From a virus (Duplodnaviria > Caudoviricetes), in the IMG/VR virus record IMGVR_UViG_3300005611_000001: 64,000 nucleotides of DNA, one strand, 5' to 3'. The translations under genes were made by a program, and so were the position numbers. The notes beneath the pieces were generated by a model, which saw only the letters and a program-made list of their open reading frames with translations, did no database searches and had not been told where the DNA came from. Of this stretch, positions 43,398 to 53,537 are shown one piece after another; position 1 is the stretch's first letter, and each line of letters opens with the position of its first letter.

Positions 43398-43939
43398 ACG
43401 TCTATACTATAAAGAACATACTAGACGATGAAAGTATTCGTAATTTAAAGTCTTGTTATGAAGAGATAATACCACTCTTCGCTCATCAAGATTATAATCT
43501 TTTTGATCTTGAAAAAAGAAATATTCCTAGTAAGCTTTTCCAAAAATATGAAAAAGACTTTTTAAAAATTCACAAAATTGGCAAAGAAAAAAATTTAGCT
43601 CCAATGAATTCATATTTTTTGAAATATGAAAAAGACTCTTTTACAAGATTGCACCGCGATGACGAAAACATTGTCAAGTTAACTATCGTAACTTTAATAG
43701 AAACTAGCAATCTTGTTGGAGGAGAGACGCTTATTTTGAATAGATATGGTAGAAAAGGTCGCCCTAAACACAAATATGCAAAAAGAAGTGAAAAAGCACC
43801 TCCATATGATAAAGATATCATACCTACAATTGTAGACTTGAAAGATGGTGAGTCTGTAATCTATGACGGAAAAGTTTTGCATGGGGTGACTAAAGTCACT
43901 GAAGGTCATAGAATTGTGTTGGTGACTTGGTTCAAATGA
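43394..43939 (+). CDS. 2OG-Fe(II) oxygenase
   Basis: LHRD...GGET...HGVTKVT.GHRIVLVTW. Confidence 0.8.
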   Translation: MNVYTIKNILDDESIRNLKSCYEEIIPLFAHQDYNLFDLEKRNIPSKLFQKYEKDFLKIHKIGKEKNLAPMNSYFLKYEKDSFTRLHRDDENIVKLTIVTLIETSNLVGGETLILNRYGRKGRPKHKYAKRSEKAPPYDKDIIPTIVDLKDGESVIYDGKVLHGVTKVTEGHRIVLVTWFK

Positions 43940-44433
43940 TTTTAATTTCGCACAGAGGCAATGTTAACGGACCAAATCCTGAACAGGAGAACACACCTGT
44001 TGCGATTGATTCTGTTCTAGAGCGAAACCTATTTTGCGAAGTTGATGTTTGGCGTATCGACGGTAAGTTCTATCTGTCGCACGATCCACCGGACAAAAAG
44101 AAACATTACATACACTTTTCGTTTTTCGAACAGCGAGCCAAAAATCTTATCATTCACTGCAAGAACATCTACGCTCTGCAGTATTTTCATGAAGCGATAT
44201 CTGACGGCTTTCATTATTTTTGGCATCAAGACGACGAATACACACTGACAAGCTGGAATTGGATCTGGGCATATCCTGGTAAAACTGTTCCGTATTTCTC
44301 TGAGATGATTAGCGTTGCTGTCATGCCTGAATCGACGCTATATGAAATGAATGAGAATCAATTTAAAAACTTTGCTGCTGTCTGCACTGACTATGTGAAT
44401 CAATATGATCAAGTTAATACTGTTCGACCTTGA
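43936..44433 (+). CDS. Glycerophosphodiester phosphodiesterase-like short protein
   Basis: ISHRGN..PEQEN, EVDVW, LSHD, IHCK. Confidence 0.7.
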   Translation: MILISHRGNVNGPNPEQENTPVAIDSVLERNLFCEVDVWRIDGKFYLSHDPPDKKKHYIHFSFFEQRAKNLIIHCKNIYALQYFHEAISDGFHYFWHQDDEYTLTSWNWIWAYPGKTVPYFSEMISVAVMPESTLYEMNENQFKNFAAVCTDYVNQYDQVNTVRP

Positions 44434-45763
44434 CGGCGTACTCATTGACGCAAAGCATATTCATTACGAAACGCTAAACACAGCGCTTGGGTATGAGTAT
44501 GCAATCACGCCCGAAGAGCATCTAAACATCTATGACGGGCATAAGACGCGCCAGAAACTTGACATGCTTACGCGCAATAAAGGCTTGCCTCTTGAGTTAC
44601 ACGATAAAGTCTACGACGAAAAGCAAGAACTGACACAATTAGAGATTCGCAATCTCAGACCGCAAAGACACATTGTCGAACTGTTTGAGAAATTGGTTGT
44701 AAATGGTTATAGAATTGGTGTCTGCTCAAACAGTATTCGACAGACGGTCTTGACAGCGCTTGCAAAGTCTGATTTAATAGAGTACTGCTCGGTCATCATA
44801 TCGAACGAAGATGTAAAGAACAGCAAGCCGCATCCAGAAATGTACTGGAAAGCCATGTCGATGATGAAATGTCTGCCTGACGAGACTATCATTGTTGAAG
44901 ACTCACCGCCTGGTTTGCTAGCCGCAGAGCGCTCAAGAGCCAAATATATAAGAGTAACGGATCCGTCGCAAGTGACGGTCGACAACATCATGCCTAAGAT
45001 CAATGGAGAGCCCATAGTGAATAAGTGGAAAGACGAGAAGCTAAACGTATTGATTCCTATGGCAGGTGCTGGCTCTCGTTTTGCTCAAGCAGGCTATACA
45101 TTTCCCAAGCCTCTTATTCAAGTCAATGACAAACCCATGATTCAAGTTGTTGTCGAGAACCTGGGGCTTGATGCTAACTTTATCTTTGTCGTTCAGAAGG
45201 CTCACCGCCAGCAATTCAATCTTGATACGATGCTTGGGTTGATCGCACCTAATTGCAAAATTGTCGAAGTTGATGGCATGACAGAAGGGGCTGCTTGCAC
45301 TGCACTGCTAGCAAAAAAGTTCATTGACAGTGACGCGCCTTTGTTCTTTGCAAACAGTGACCAGTATGTCGAGTGGGATCCAGTCGAGTTTATGTATCGA
45401 ATGCAAGAGACTCAAGCAGACGGCGGCATTGTGACTTTCAAAGCAACTCACCCCAAGTGGTCGTTTGCAAAGGTCTGTGAAGAAACAAACTGTGTGACGC
45501 AAGTCGCTGAGAAGAATCCGATCAGCGATAATGCTACTGTAGGCTATTACTACTGGAAACGAGGCAGTGACTTTGTGAAGTATGCAGAGCAGATGATCGA
45601 AAAGAATGTGCGCGTTAATAATGAGTTTTATGTGTGCCCTGTCTTTAACGAAGCTATCGAAGATGGTAAAGAAATACGCATTCACGAAGCAAGTAAGATG
45701 TGGGGCTTGGGGACTCCCGAAGACCTTGAATATTATCTCAAGAATTTTAAGCATGAAATATAA
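44405..45763 (+). CDS. HAD phosphatase fused to sugar nucleotidyltransferase
   Basis: FDLDGVL, KPHP, VEDS; then IPMAGAGSRF..PKPLI, LGTPED. Confidence 0.88.
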   Translation: MIKLILFDLDGVLIDAKHIHYETLNTALGYEYAITPEEHLNIYDGHKTRQKLDMLTRNKGLPLELHDKVYDEKQELTQLEIRNLRPQRHIVELFEKLVVNGYRIGVCSNSIRQTVLTALAKSDLIEYCSVIISNEDVKNSKPHPEMYWKAMSMMKCLPDETIIVEDSPPGLLAAERSRAKYIRVTDPSQVTVDNIMPKINGEPIVNKWKDEKLNVLIPMAGAGSRFAQAGYTFPKPLIQVNDKPMIQVVVENLGLDANFIFVVQKAHRQQFNLDTMLGLIAPNCKIVEVDGMTEGAACTALLAKKFIDSDAPLFFANSDQYVEWDPVEFMYRMQETQADGGIVTFKATHPKWSFAKVCEETNCVTQVAEKNPISDNATVGYYYWKRGSDFVKYAEQMIEKNVRVNNEFYVCPVFNEAIEDGKEIRIHEASKMWGLGTPEDLEYYLKNFKHEI

Positions 45764-46415
45764 AGAGCCTTCTAATTGGGTTTTACCTAAACACGATACT
45801 TTTTTTAAAAAGTTTAAAGATCGTGGTGAACTTTATTCTATGACTTTGCCTGACTGGGAAATTGCTGAGCAATATCTAAATCAAAAACGCGGTTGTTTAG
45901 ATATTGGTGGGCATGTTGGAACAACCGCGCTTCGTTATGCAAACAACTTCGAAAAAGTTTATACTTTTGAGCCGCTCTACCATGAAGCACTCAAAAAGAA
46001 TCTTGTTGATGTTACGAATCTTAAAATTTATCCTTATGCAGTGTCTGATAAAGAAGAAGAAATGACAATGATTCATAGAACAGGCAACACAGGTCTGTCT
46101 ATGATAATTACCGAAGAAACTAAGCACTACAAGAACCGTGCCGGATACGACCCCAAAGAAATAAAGATGCAAACCAAAGTTGTTGATGATTATAATTTTA
46201 CCGAAATTGACTTTATTAAAATCGACACCGAAGGCTTTGTGCTGCGACCTCTCAAAGGCATGCTTAAGACTCTAGAGAATAATGACTGGCCACTACTGCA
46301 AATTGAGTTTAACAACCTCAACCCCAACACTGAAGAGTGTTTTAAACTTCTCAAAGAATTAAACTATACTAAAGTAGATCAGTTTCATGTAGATCATTTC
46401 TTCCAGCGAGTCTGA
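45753..46415 (+). CDS. FkbM family methyltransferase
   Basis: DIGGHVG, TFEP, IKIDTEG. Confidence 0.85.
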   Translation: MKYKEPSNWVLPKHDTFFKKFKDRGELYSMTLPDWEIAEQYLNQKRGCLDIGGHVGTTALRYANNFEKVYTFEPLYHEALKKNLVDVTNLKIYPYAVSDKEEEMTMIHRTGNTGLSMIITEETKHYKNRAGYDPKEIKMQTKVVDDYNFTEIDFIKIDTEGFVLRPLKGMLKTLENNDWPLLQIEFNNLNPNTEECFKLLKELNYTKVDQFHVDHFFQRV

Positions 46416-46416
46416 T

Positions 46417-47154
46417 ATGAGAGTTGCGGTATGTATTTCTGGCGTTTGTGCTAGCAAGAATCCTAACACAAATCTAAAAAAGAATCATGACAGACTTCAG
46501 CAGTTCTTTCCTGACTATGACTTTCACTACGCTACTTGGGGCTCATATGCAGATGCGTTCGAACAAAACTTTCCGAACGAAAACTGTCTGTACTATCCTG
46601 AACCCATTATAAATTATCACCCATACTTTGACATTCCCAAAGAACTGTGGGAATCGAATCGTTTTGACGAGACTAAAAAGTTTGTTACTCGTGGTGGTCT
46701 GCAGCGCCGCGAGTGGACTTCTCATCACACAAAGCAGCACTTGATTCATGCGTGGTTGTGTGATACTATAAAAGACTCATATGATATTGTGATTCGTGCA
46801 AGATTCGATACATGGATCTATAAACACGCAAATTTCAAATCCTATATACAAGACACATTTGAGAACAATCGAATCAACGCATTCTCTGCTACCAAGCAGA
46901 ATTACTTTGACAAACTAAAAGAGTTTGATACGAGTACGATAGGTCGCCATCATCATTGGATTGTCGATCAGATGATCATTCATCCAATGAGTTTTATGAA
47001 TCGAGAATATGTTGAGCAGTTGCATAATGAGAAACGTCTGCATCCCGCAGAAATGGGTTGGTATCAAGTGTTAAGTAAGCCAAATGGCAATCGTCATCGA
47101 TGCTTTGACGGTTGGGTCAATCATGATAAAAATGTATTAGGAAGATTCTTTTAG
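46417..47154 (+). CDS. Glycosyltransferase-like protein (VAVCISG family)
   Basis: MRVAVCISG, YDIVIRARFD. Confidence 0.55.
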   Translation: MRVAVCISGVCASKNPNTNLKKNHDRLQQFFPDYDFHYATWGSYADAFEQNFPNENCLYYPEPIINYHPYFDIPKELWESNRFDETKKFVTRGGLQRREWTSHHTKQHLIHAWLCDTIKDSYDIVIRARFDTWIYKHANFKSYIQDTFENNRINAFSATKQNYFDKLKEFDTSTIGRHHHWIVDQMIIHPMSFMNREYVEQLHNEKRLHPAEMGWYQVLSKPNGNRHRCFDGWVNHDKNVLGRFF

Positions 47155-47825
47155 TGAAGAACATTATTCTACAGCATTACACAGGCGAGCTTGGTGAGTT
47201 AGAAGAACTATCAAAAGCGAACATGGAAGCATATGCAAAGTTCTGTGGTGCTGACTATCATCTAGTTCGTGGCAATGTCTTTCGCTCTCATCTAAGCGCA
47301 CCCTGCCAAAAGATGATCATGCTTGATGAGCAGTTCGACGAATACGATATTGTGGTCATGATTGACATCGACATGTTCACGCGCAAGGGCATGAAAAAGA
47401 ACATCTTTACAGACGATACAGGCGTTGGTCGTCACTACGGCATTCAAGAAACACTGGTCAAGAATCTTCAGCGCAGATTTCCACTTCTCGGCGATCCTAA
47501 ATATCCGTACTGGGGTGGTTCGATCTATCGTCTAGAGCGAGAAGTTCGACAGCGCTTGCGAAAAGAAATGGTTGATAGTGAAATGAATATGTTTCATAAT
47601 AACTATGAAGACGAAGGCATCATGCACCGGCTCGCAGTTCGTGCAAACATGAAAGTCGATAAGAATACCTATCTCACAAAAGACCTCTGGAATCGCAGCA
47701 GTTTTCAGAATGATGTTGATAGTGGGTACATTATTCATATTCGACCAAAAGTCTTTCAAGGTGGACCAAAACGCCCCAAGATTGAAAACTATCGTAAACT
47801 AGTCTCACAGGGAATTCTTGAATGA
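47154..47825 (+). CDS. GT8-like/nucleotide-diphospho-sugar transferase
   Basis: MIDIDM, DEGIM; GTG start. Confidence 0.6.
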   Translation: MKNIILQHYTGELGELEELSKANMEAYAKFCGADYHLVRGNVFRSHLSAPCQKMIMLDEQFDEYDIVVMIDIDMFTRKGMKKNIFTDDTGVGRHYGIQETLVKNLQRRFPLLGDPKYPYWGGSIYRLEREVRQRLRKEMVDSEMNMFHNNYEDEGIMHRLAVRANMKVDKNTYLTKDLWNRSSFQNDVDSGYIIHIRPKVFQGGPKRPKIENYRKLVSQGILE

Positions 47826-48757
47826 AAGTATTGATTACAGGTATGGCAGGCTTCATTGGCTTTCACACCGCAATTCGTTTTCATATGGAAGGTTATAAAG
47901 TCATTGGCTTTGATAACTTCAACACTTATTATGATCCAACATTGAAGTACACTCGCGCAGGTATTCTAAATGAGCGCTACAATATTCAATGCCCTTTGAT
48001 TGACCTGAAACGCAAAGACGAAGTTGTTGGTTTTATTAAGCGTGAAAAGCCCGATCTTGTTGTGCATCTTGGTGCAATGGCAGGTGTGCGTTATTCGATG
48101 GACAACCCGCAAGAATACATTGACAACAATGTGACTGGTTCGATGAATGTTATCCTTGCATGCGAAGAGGCAGGCGTCGAGAATGTTATCTTTGCTTCAA
48201 CTTCTTGTGTGATGCATGGCAACAAACTACCCTGGAGAGAAGACGACCATCTCTATCAGCAAATCAATCCTTACGGCTACACTAAATGTATCAATGAATC
48301 ACAGTTCGCAATCTCTAAGATTCCGAACGCGGTTGGTATGCGATTCTTCACAGTCTATGGTCCATGGGGTCGCCCTGATATGGCGTTGTTTGACTTCACT
48401 AAGAACATTCTTGCATGCAATCCTATCACGCTGTTCAACTATGGCAACATGAAGCGCGACTTCACTTATGTTGAAGATATCGTACAAGGTATCTGGCTTG
48501 TGTCTCAGAACATGACACCTCGCGACATGTACAACATTGGCTATGGTAAGCAGGTTGAACTGGAGCGATTCGTTTCTGCGATTGAGCGCTCATTGAATAG
48601 GACTGCAATTCGTGAGTATGGTCCTAAGCATCCCGCTGATGCAACTGAGACTTGGAGCGATACGACGAAACTACAGAAACTTGGATATAATCCATCTACG
48701 CCTATCGAAGTTGGTGTTGAGAACTTCGTTCGCTGGTACATGGATCATTACGCATGA
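47822..48757 (+). CDS. NAD-dependent epimerase, UDP-glucuronate 4-epimerase-like
   Basis: GMAGFIG, AGVRYS, YGYTK, RFFTVYGPWGRPDMA. Confidence 0.92.
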   Translation: MKVLITGMAGFIGFHTAIRFHMEGYKVIGFDNFNTYYDPTLKYTRAGILNERYNIQCPLIDLKRKDEVVGFIKREKPDLVVHLGAMAGVRYSMDNPQEYIDNNVTGSMNVILACEEAGVENVIFASTSCVMHGNKLPWREDDHLYQQINPYGYTKCINESQFAISKIPNAVGMRFFTVYGPWGRPDMALFDFTKNILACNPITLFNYGNMKRDFTYVEDIVQGIWLVSQNMTPRDMYNIGYGKQVELERFVSAIERSLNRTAIREYGPKHPADATETWSDTTKLQKLGYNPSTPIEVGVENFVRWYMDHYA

Positions 48758-49614
48758 AAAATGTAATCTATCAATACTGGGACGGTAATGTTCGCCCGAG
48801 CGCGCAGTATGGTTCTGACTGCATGCGCGCATACGCAGAGCGTATCGGTGCTGATTATGTGTTTGAGCGCAATGCGAACTTTGGTAAGAAATTTGGCTTG
48901 GGTCGAGTAGCACCATACTACGGTTGTTTCAAGCCGGTCTTTGATGACAAGTACCTTGAGTACGACAATGTTTTGTTCTGCGATACTGATATCTTTCCCG
49001 TCGAAGGCTTGACTGAAAACATTTTCAAAGCATTCAATGGTGAACTTGCTATGGCTCAAGAGCCTCTGCAACCAATGTATCGTTATGATAAGAAACTAAA
49101 GAAGCAATGCAATGAAATGACTGAGACGCGCTGGATGACTTTGGTGCGTGATAAGTATGGGTGTAAACTGCCCTATGACGATCAAGGGCGTCTGCTTGTA
49201 TATAATTCTGGTGTTGTACTATACTCTAATTCAGGGCTGCGCAAATGTCGAGAGCAGTTTAAGCCTTTTTCAGAATATGTGAACATGGTTGATCGTGATT
49301 CGATGTGTGGTGGTAAAGTCTACGGTACTGATCAAGGCTATCTACACGCGATGGCATTCTCAATGGATATCGATTTTTTTGAGTTAGACGTAGAATGGAA
49401 TCGATGCATCACCTGGGATCCTTATGATGAAGGTACCACAATATTTGGTCGATCAGTTTCTCGCCGCGCAGTTGATCCAAAAACACCTAACACCAAATTT
49501 GTGCATATTCAAATGCGCGGTGCTGACAATCAGTCTAATGAGTGGCACTGGCAAGTAGCAAACAAACCTAAGAGCGAATGGCACCAGATGAAAAATGGGG
49601 TAGTTATTCGATGA
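48754..49614 (+). CDS. GT8-like glycosyltransferase
   Basis: FCDTD, YNSGV, DQGYL, VHI. Confidence 0.7.
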   Translation: MKNVIYQYWDGNVRPSAQYGSDCMRAYAERIGADYVFERNANFGKKFGLGRVAPYYGCFKPVFDDKYLEYDNVLFCDTDIFPVEGLTENIFKAFNGELAMAQEPLQPMYRYDKKLKKQCNEMTETRWMTLVRDKYGCKLPYDDQGRLLVYNSGVVLYSNSGLRKCREQFKPFSEYVNMVDRDSMCGGKVYGTDQGYLHAMAFSMDIDFFELDVEWNRCITWDPYDEGTTIFGRSVSRRAVDPKTPNTKFVHIQMRGADNQSNEWHWQVANKPKSEWHQMKNGVVIR

Positions 49615-50120
49615 TCTATTGTATTGGTCTGTCACGCACAGGCACCACAAGCTTCAGTGATTTTATGAAACTTGTGGGATACAACATTATTCACTACCCC
49701 AATGAGACGCAACTCTTTGGGGGTTTTGGCGATGGTGCAAGCGACATTCCAGTCGCGTATCATTATAAGAAACTAGATAAGATGTTTCCCAACTCAAAGT
49801 TTATTTACACTGTACGAGAAGACTGGGTCGATGCAGTAGAGCCATATTTTCTGAGAAAGAAAGGTCGCGCGAATCAAGCAAGTTCACAACTTGAACTTCG
49901 TAAAAATGTTTATGGAAGCGTTGATTGGGATCGCAAGCTGTATGGCGAAGCGTATAAAAAACATGACGTTGATGTGCGAGAATACTTTAAAAACAGACCT
50001 GATGATTTTCTGGTCGTAGATATTATCGGTGGTGATCCTACAACTCAGTTAAAAAAGTTTCTTAATATCGAGTCGAATATTGTAGAATACCCTAAATCAA
50101 ATGCAAGGGTTGGATGGTAA
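49611..50120 (+). CDS. Sulfotransferase-family P-loop protein
   Basis: IGLSRTGTTS (5'-PSB-like), FIYTVR. Confidence 0.7.
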   Translation: MIYCIGLSRTGTTSFSDFMKLVGYNIIHYPNETQLFGGFGDGASDIPVAYHYKKLDKMFPNSKFIYTVREDWVDAVEPYFLRKKGRANQASSQLELRKNVYGSVDWDRKLYGEAYKKHDVDVREYFKNRPDDFLVVDIIGGDPTTQLKKFLNIESNIVEYPKSNARVGW

Positions 50121-50765
50121 ATGAAAACACTACTACAAATCTGTAACGAAAATAAGTGTGACAAAGGAACTGAAGCGTCAACTGCGCATCACTATTATCG
50201 CGTATATGAAAAAGACTTTGAATCTGTCAGAAATGATCCAATCAATATTTTAGAAGTAGGCATACTAAAAGGTTCAAGCCACAAATGTTGGCTAGAATAT
50301 TTTCCAAACGCACAAATTTATGGCATTGATACTTTTGAAAGAGTGCCGCCAGAAAAGATTCCTGTTCTTTCTGATCCTCGCGTTCATTATATCAAACACG
50401 ATAGCACCGACATGGAGCTACCAAACGTAATTCGAAAAGAATGGGGTGACGTTCGATTTGATTTTATCATTGATGACGGTCTTCATATGCCAACAGCAAA
50501 TCGGAAGACATTTGTAAATCTTATCGACTTTATGAAAGAAGATGGTGCTTATTTTATCGAAGATATTTTTCCTCTACATATTCTAACACCCGAACAATGG
50601 AAACATTCTTGGCTGCAAAGACTGCCTCGCGAATACAACATGGGCACTTGGAAATCTTTTATGGACACACTTCGCCCTTATAAAGTTGGTACTTGGGATT
50701 TTCGAAGACAGTCTAGAAAACCAGATAGTGTGATCTATAGAATCTCAAGGAAAGATAATGAATGA
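50121..50765 (+). CDS. Class I SAM (sugar O-)methyltransferase
   Basis: DKGT, ILEVGI, IDDGLH, IED. Confidence 0.8.
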   Translation: MKTLLQICNENKCDKGTEASTAHHYYRVYEKDFESVRNDPINILEVGILKGSSHKCWLEYFPNAQIYGIDTFERVPPEKIPVLSDPRVHYIKHDSTDMELPNVIRKEWGDVRFDFIIDDGLHMPTANRKTFVNLIDFMKEDGAYFIEDIFPLHILTPEQWKHSWLQRLPREYNMGTWKSFMDTLRPYKVGTWDFRRQSRKPDSVIYRISRKDNE

Positions 50766-51456
50766 TGCTTATGTCATTACACTCAAAGACGATGCGCTGT
50801 CGAACGAGTGTGCAGACAAATTAATAATGTCCCGAGCGGGTAATTTTGATAGTGAAATCACTAAGTTTGATGCAATATTACCCGAACGGGTAATTTCTTT
50901 GATGAAGCTCCACAATCTAAAGTGGAACTATCCGATGAGCGAATCCGTGCTTGATATGCAAACGGGCATGTGGAAGCACCCATACAAAACTGCTGTGACT
51001 GAGAAGCGTATTGCCTGCTTTTTGTCTCACTATCTTCTGTGGCAAAAGTGTGCGAAAAGTAAAGATGGCATGTTCATTTTTGAGCATGACGCTATATTCA
51101 TTAATAAAGTCGAAGTTGGATTGCTAAATCAATCTAAGTGTGATATCATAGGGCTAAACGATCCGCGTGGTGCTACACGCCGCGCCGCGCAATATCACAC
51201 TGCTGTTCAAAACTCTAAAAATGCTATTGTAGGCGTACCTAAGATCGATATCGATCAAATTCCTCAGGGTCTGCCTGGCAACTCTGCGTACTTTATCAAG
51301 CCCGAAGGTGCAGTGAAACTGTTGCGGCTTGTGAATGAATACGGTGCTTGGCCAAATGATGCAATCATGTGTCGTCAACTGATGCCTCGCCAGCTTGGTG
51401 TTCTTCGCAACTATGCAACTAAAGTTCAAGGCGTTCCCTCTACTACTACACTATGA
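50758..51456 (+). CDS. GT25-like glycosyltransferase
   Basis: ACFLSHYLLW, FEHDA, SAYFIKP. Confidence 0.75.
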   Translation: MNDAYVITLKDDALSNECADKLIMSRAGNFDSEITKFDAILPERVISLMKLHNLKWNYPMSESVLDMQTGMWKHPYKTAVTEKRIACFLSHYLLWQKCAKSKDGMFIFEHDAIFINKVEVGLLNQSKCDIIGLNDPRGATRRAAQYHTAVQNSKNAIVGVPKIDIDQIPQGLPGNSAYFIKPEGAVKLLRLVNEYGAWPNDAIMCRQLMPRQLGVLRNYATKVQGVPSTTTL

Positions 51457-52247
51457 AAATTGGTATTTTTGTATCTGGTCAAATAAGAGAATCTTATGCG
51501 ATTCTTTCTCGGAATATTGAATTTCTAAAGCATGCTTTTGACAATGCAGAAATGATTTATGGTGTTTGGGATTATGACGAGAAAAAGCATAAAGAATTTT
51601 TAGACACACTAGACGGACCGATTGAAATTATAGAAGATTTTGAGATACATTATAGACCTTACCTTGATAATCCCGATGCTGTTGATCATTATCAGTATCG
51701 CAAAAAGTTTGCAAATCCAAATCCAAAAAGGCATCCACATCAAACAAAACAGATGCTAGTTCATAACATGCTTTTAAAAAAGTATGGTGAAAAATACGAT
51801 GTGATTGTCAGAAGCAGATGGGACACCACTGTTTCACCTTTTATAGATTTTACAATCTATGCAAAAGAAGTGTATAATACCCCATGCACAATGAATATTT
51901 CTGTGCGGAAAGACTATGAAAATAGAATTTTTGATGTTCGCGAATTTGCTAGTGATTTCTTTCCTTATATGAATCACAGAGACGATAAGACACAAAAAAT
52001 TCATAGAAGAAAAGTCAACGGAATGTTTCTTGATAACGGTATTATTGTTCACCGATATGATGATTGGAATTTCGAAGCTGTAGATAGGCTACATAATAAT
52101 TGTAAATTATTAAATGCTGAATTTGGGTGGTGGCAGATTCTAGTCGAAAACACAAAACATCATCGATGGATTCATTATGATGGTGGTGCGTCCACATCGC
52201 GCGGTGTTATCAAAAAAGAAAAAGAGATTATAAAGAGAATAGTATGA
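51453..52247 (+). CDS. Glycosyltransferase-like protein (paralog of 46417)
   Basis: IFVSGQIR, YDVIVRSRWD. Confidence 0.55.
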   Translation: MKIGIFVSGQIRESYAILSRNIEFLKHAFDNAEMIYGVWDYDEKKHKEFLDTLDGPIEIIEDFEIHYRPYLDNPDAVDHYQYRKKFANPNPKRHPHQTKQMLVHNMLLKKYGEKYDVIVRSRWDTTVSPFIDFTIYAKEVYNTPCTMNISVRKDYENRIFDVREFASDFFPYMNHRDDKTQKIHRRKVNGMFLDNGIIVHRYDDWNFEAVDRLHNNCKLLNAEFGWWQILVENTKHHRWIHYDGGASTSRGVIKKEKEIIKRIV

Positions 52248-52888
52248 AATCTTTTGTGATTACAATTAAGTCAGAGCCAAAGTCTGTTGAAATTGCTCAG
52301 CGGTGCATCGATTCTATGCCTGAATATGATGTGCAGATGTTTGATGCGATTACACCTAAAGACGATCCTCTGAAAATCGCAAAAGAGAAAGGCATTCCTC
52401 TGCATCTTTTCAAAGAAGGATATTCGCGCATCGAAAATTGCGTCTCTGCGTTTCTCTCGCATCATACGCTGTGGGAAATGTGCTACCGTGATAAAGAAGA
52501 ATATCAAATCTTTGAGCATGATGCTGTCTGCATTAATAACATTCCCAAATTTATACCTTATCAAGGGTGCATTTCTTTGGGTGCGCCTAGCTATGGCAAG
52601 TTTGTCGTGCCGACAAGCATCGGTGTTATTCCGCTCACGAGCAAAGCATACTTCCCAGGTGCGCATGCATACCGATTAAAATCAATTGGTGCGCGTACAC
52701 TTATCAACCGTGCAAAGCAAGACGCAAGACCGACTGATATCTACTTAAATCGTGATTACTTCCCATGGCTTGAAGAATACTATCCTTGGCCTGTGGTCGT
52801 AAAAGAATCGTTCACTACAATTCAAAAACTTGAGGGCTGTGTTGCAAAGCATGGCTATAAAGGTGGCTATGAAATTCTTAAAGTCTAA
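52244..52888 (+). CDS. GT25-like glycosyltransferase
   Basis: SAFLSHHTLW, FEHDA, AHAYRL. Confidence 0.75.
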   Translation: MKSFVITIKSEPKSVEIAQRCIDSMPEYDVQMFDAITPKDDPLKIAKEKGIPLHLFKEGYSRIENCVSAFLSHHTLWEMCYRDKEEYQIFEHDAVCINNIPKFIPYQGCISLGAPSYGKFVVPTSIGVIPLTSKAYFPGAHAYRLKSIGARTLINRAKQDARPTDIYLNRDYFPWLEEYYPWPVVVKESFTTIQKLEGCVAKHGYKGGYEILKV

Positions 52889-53537
52889 TAAGCGCTGCTT
52901 TCTGACCGGCTGTGATTCAAATACAGAGTGGCAACTTAAATGGTTTCTTGAGAATTATCTCAAGCACAATGACACACCTATTGTGTTCGCAGACTTTGGT
53001 GTGTCTGACGAAATGCGCGCATGGGTCTATCAAGTATCTGAGTTTGCTGATATTATCACAGTGCCCAAGCAAAGCACGGGTGGATGGTTCTATAAGCCGT
53101 CTGCTCTGCTTGCTTCGCCTTGCGTAGAAACCTGTTGGCTTGATACTGACATTGAAGTGCTTGGTGATGTGTCTGGTATTTTTAAATATGTCGAAGACAA
53201 CAAACTAGCGATGGTCGAAGACAAGCCCTGGAGCAAGCGTCGCGGTGAGAAATGGCACAACTCTGGTGTGATAGCAATTCGCGGCAAACCTGCTATACTA
53301 CACAAATGGGCAAATGAGTGCAGAGGTAGACCCAAGGTTGGTGATCAAGAAGTTCTGCATGAAATTGTAAACTTGACACCGCTTTTACGCATGACTCATA
53401 TCACTGATTTACCGAACATATATAATTGGCTTCGCATCCAAATCATAGACGGCGAAGATTCAACTAAGAAACTTGCAATGCACTGGACTGGTCAAAAGGG
53501 CAAAGATCAAATAAGGAAAATGATGTACAATGGCTAA
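52869..53537 (+). CDS. Nucleotide-diphospho-sugar transferase-like glycosyltransferase
   Basis: WLDTD, NSGV, GDQE, HWTG. Confidence 0.7.
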   Translation: MKFLKSNKRCFLTGCDSNTEWQLKWFLENYLKHNDTPIVFADFGVSDEMRAWVYQVSEFADIITVPKQSTGGWFYKPSALLASPCVETCWLDTDIEVLGDVSGIFKYVEDNKLAMVEDKPWSKRRGEKWHNSGVIAIRGKPAILHKWANECRGRPKVGDQEVLHEIVNLTPLLRMTHITDLPNIYNWLRIQIIDGEDSTKKLAMHWTGQKGKDQIRKMMYNG

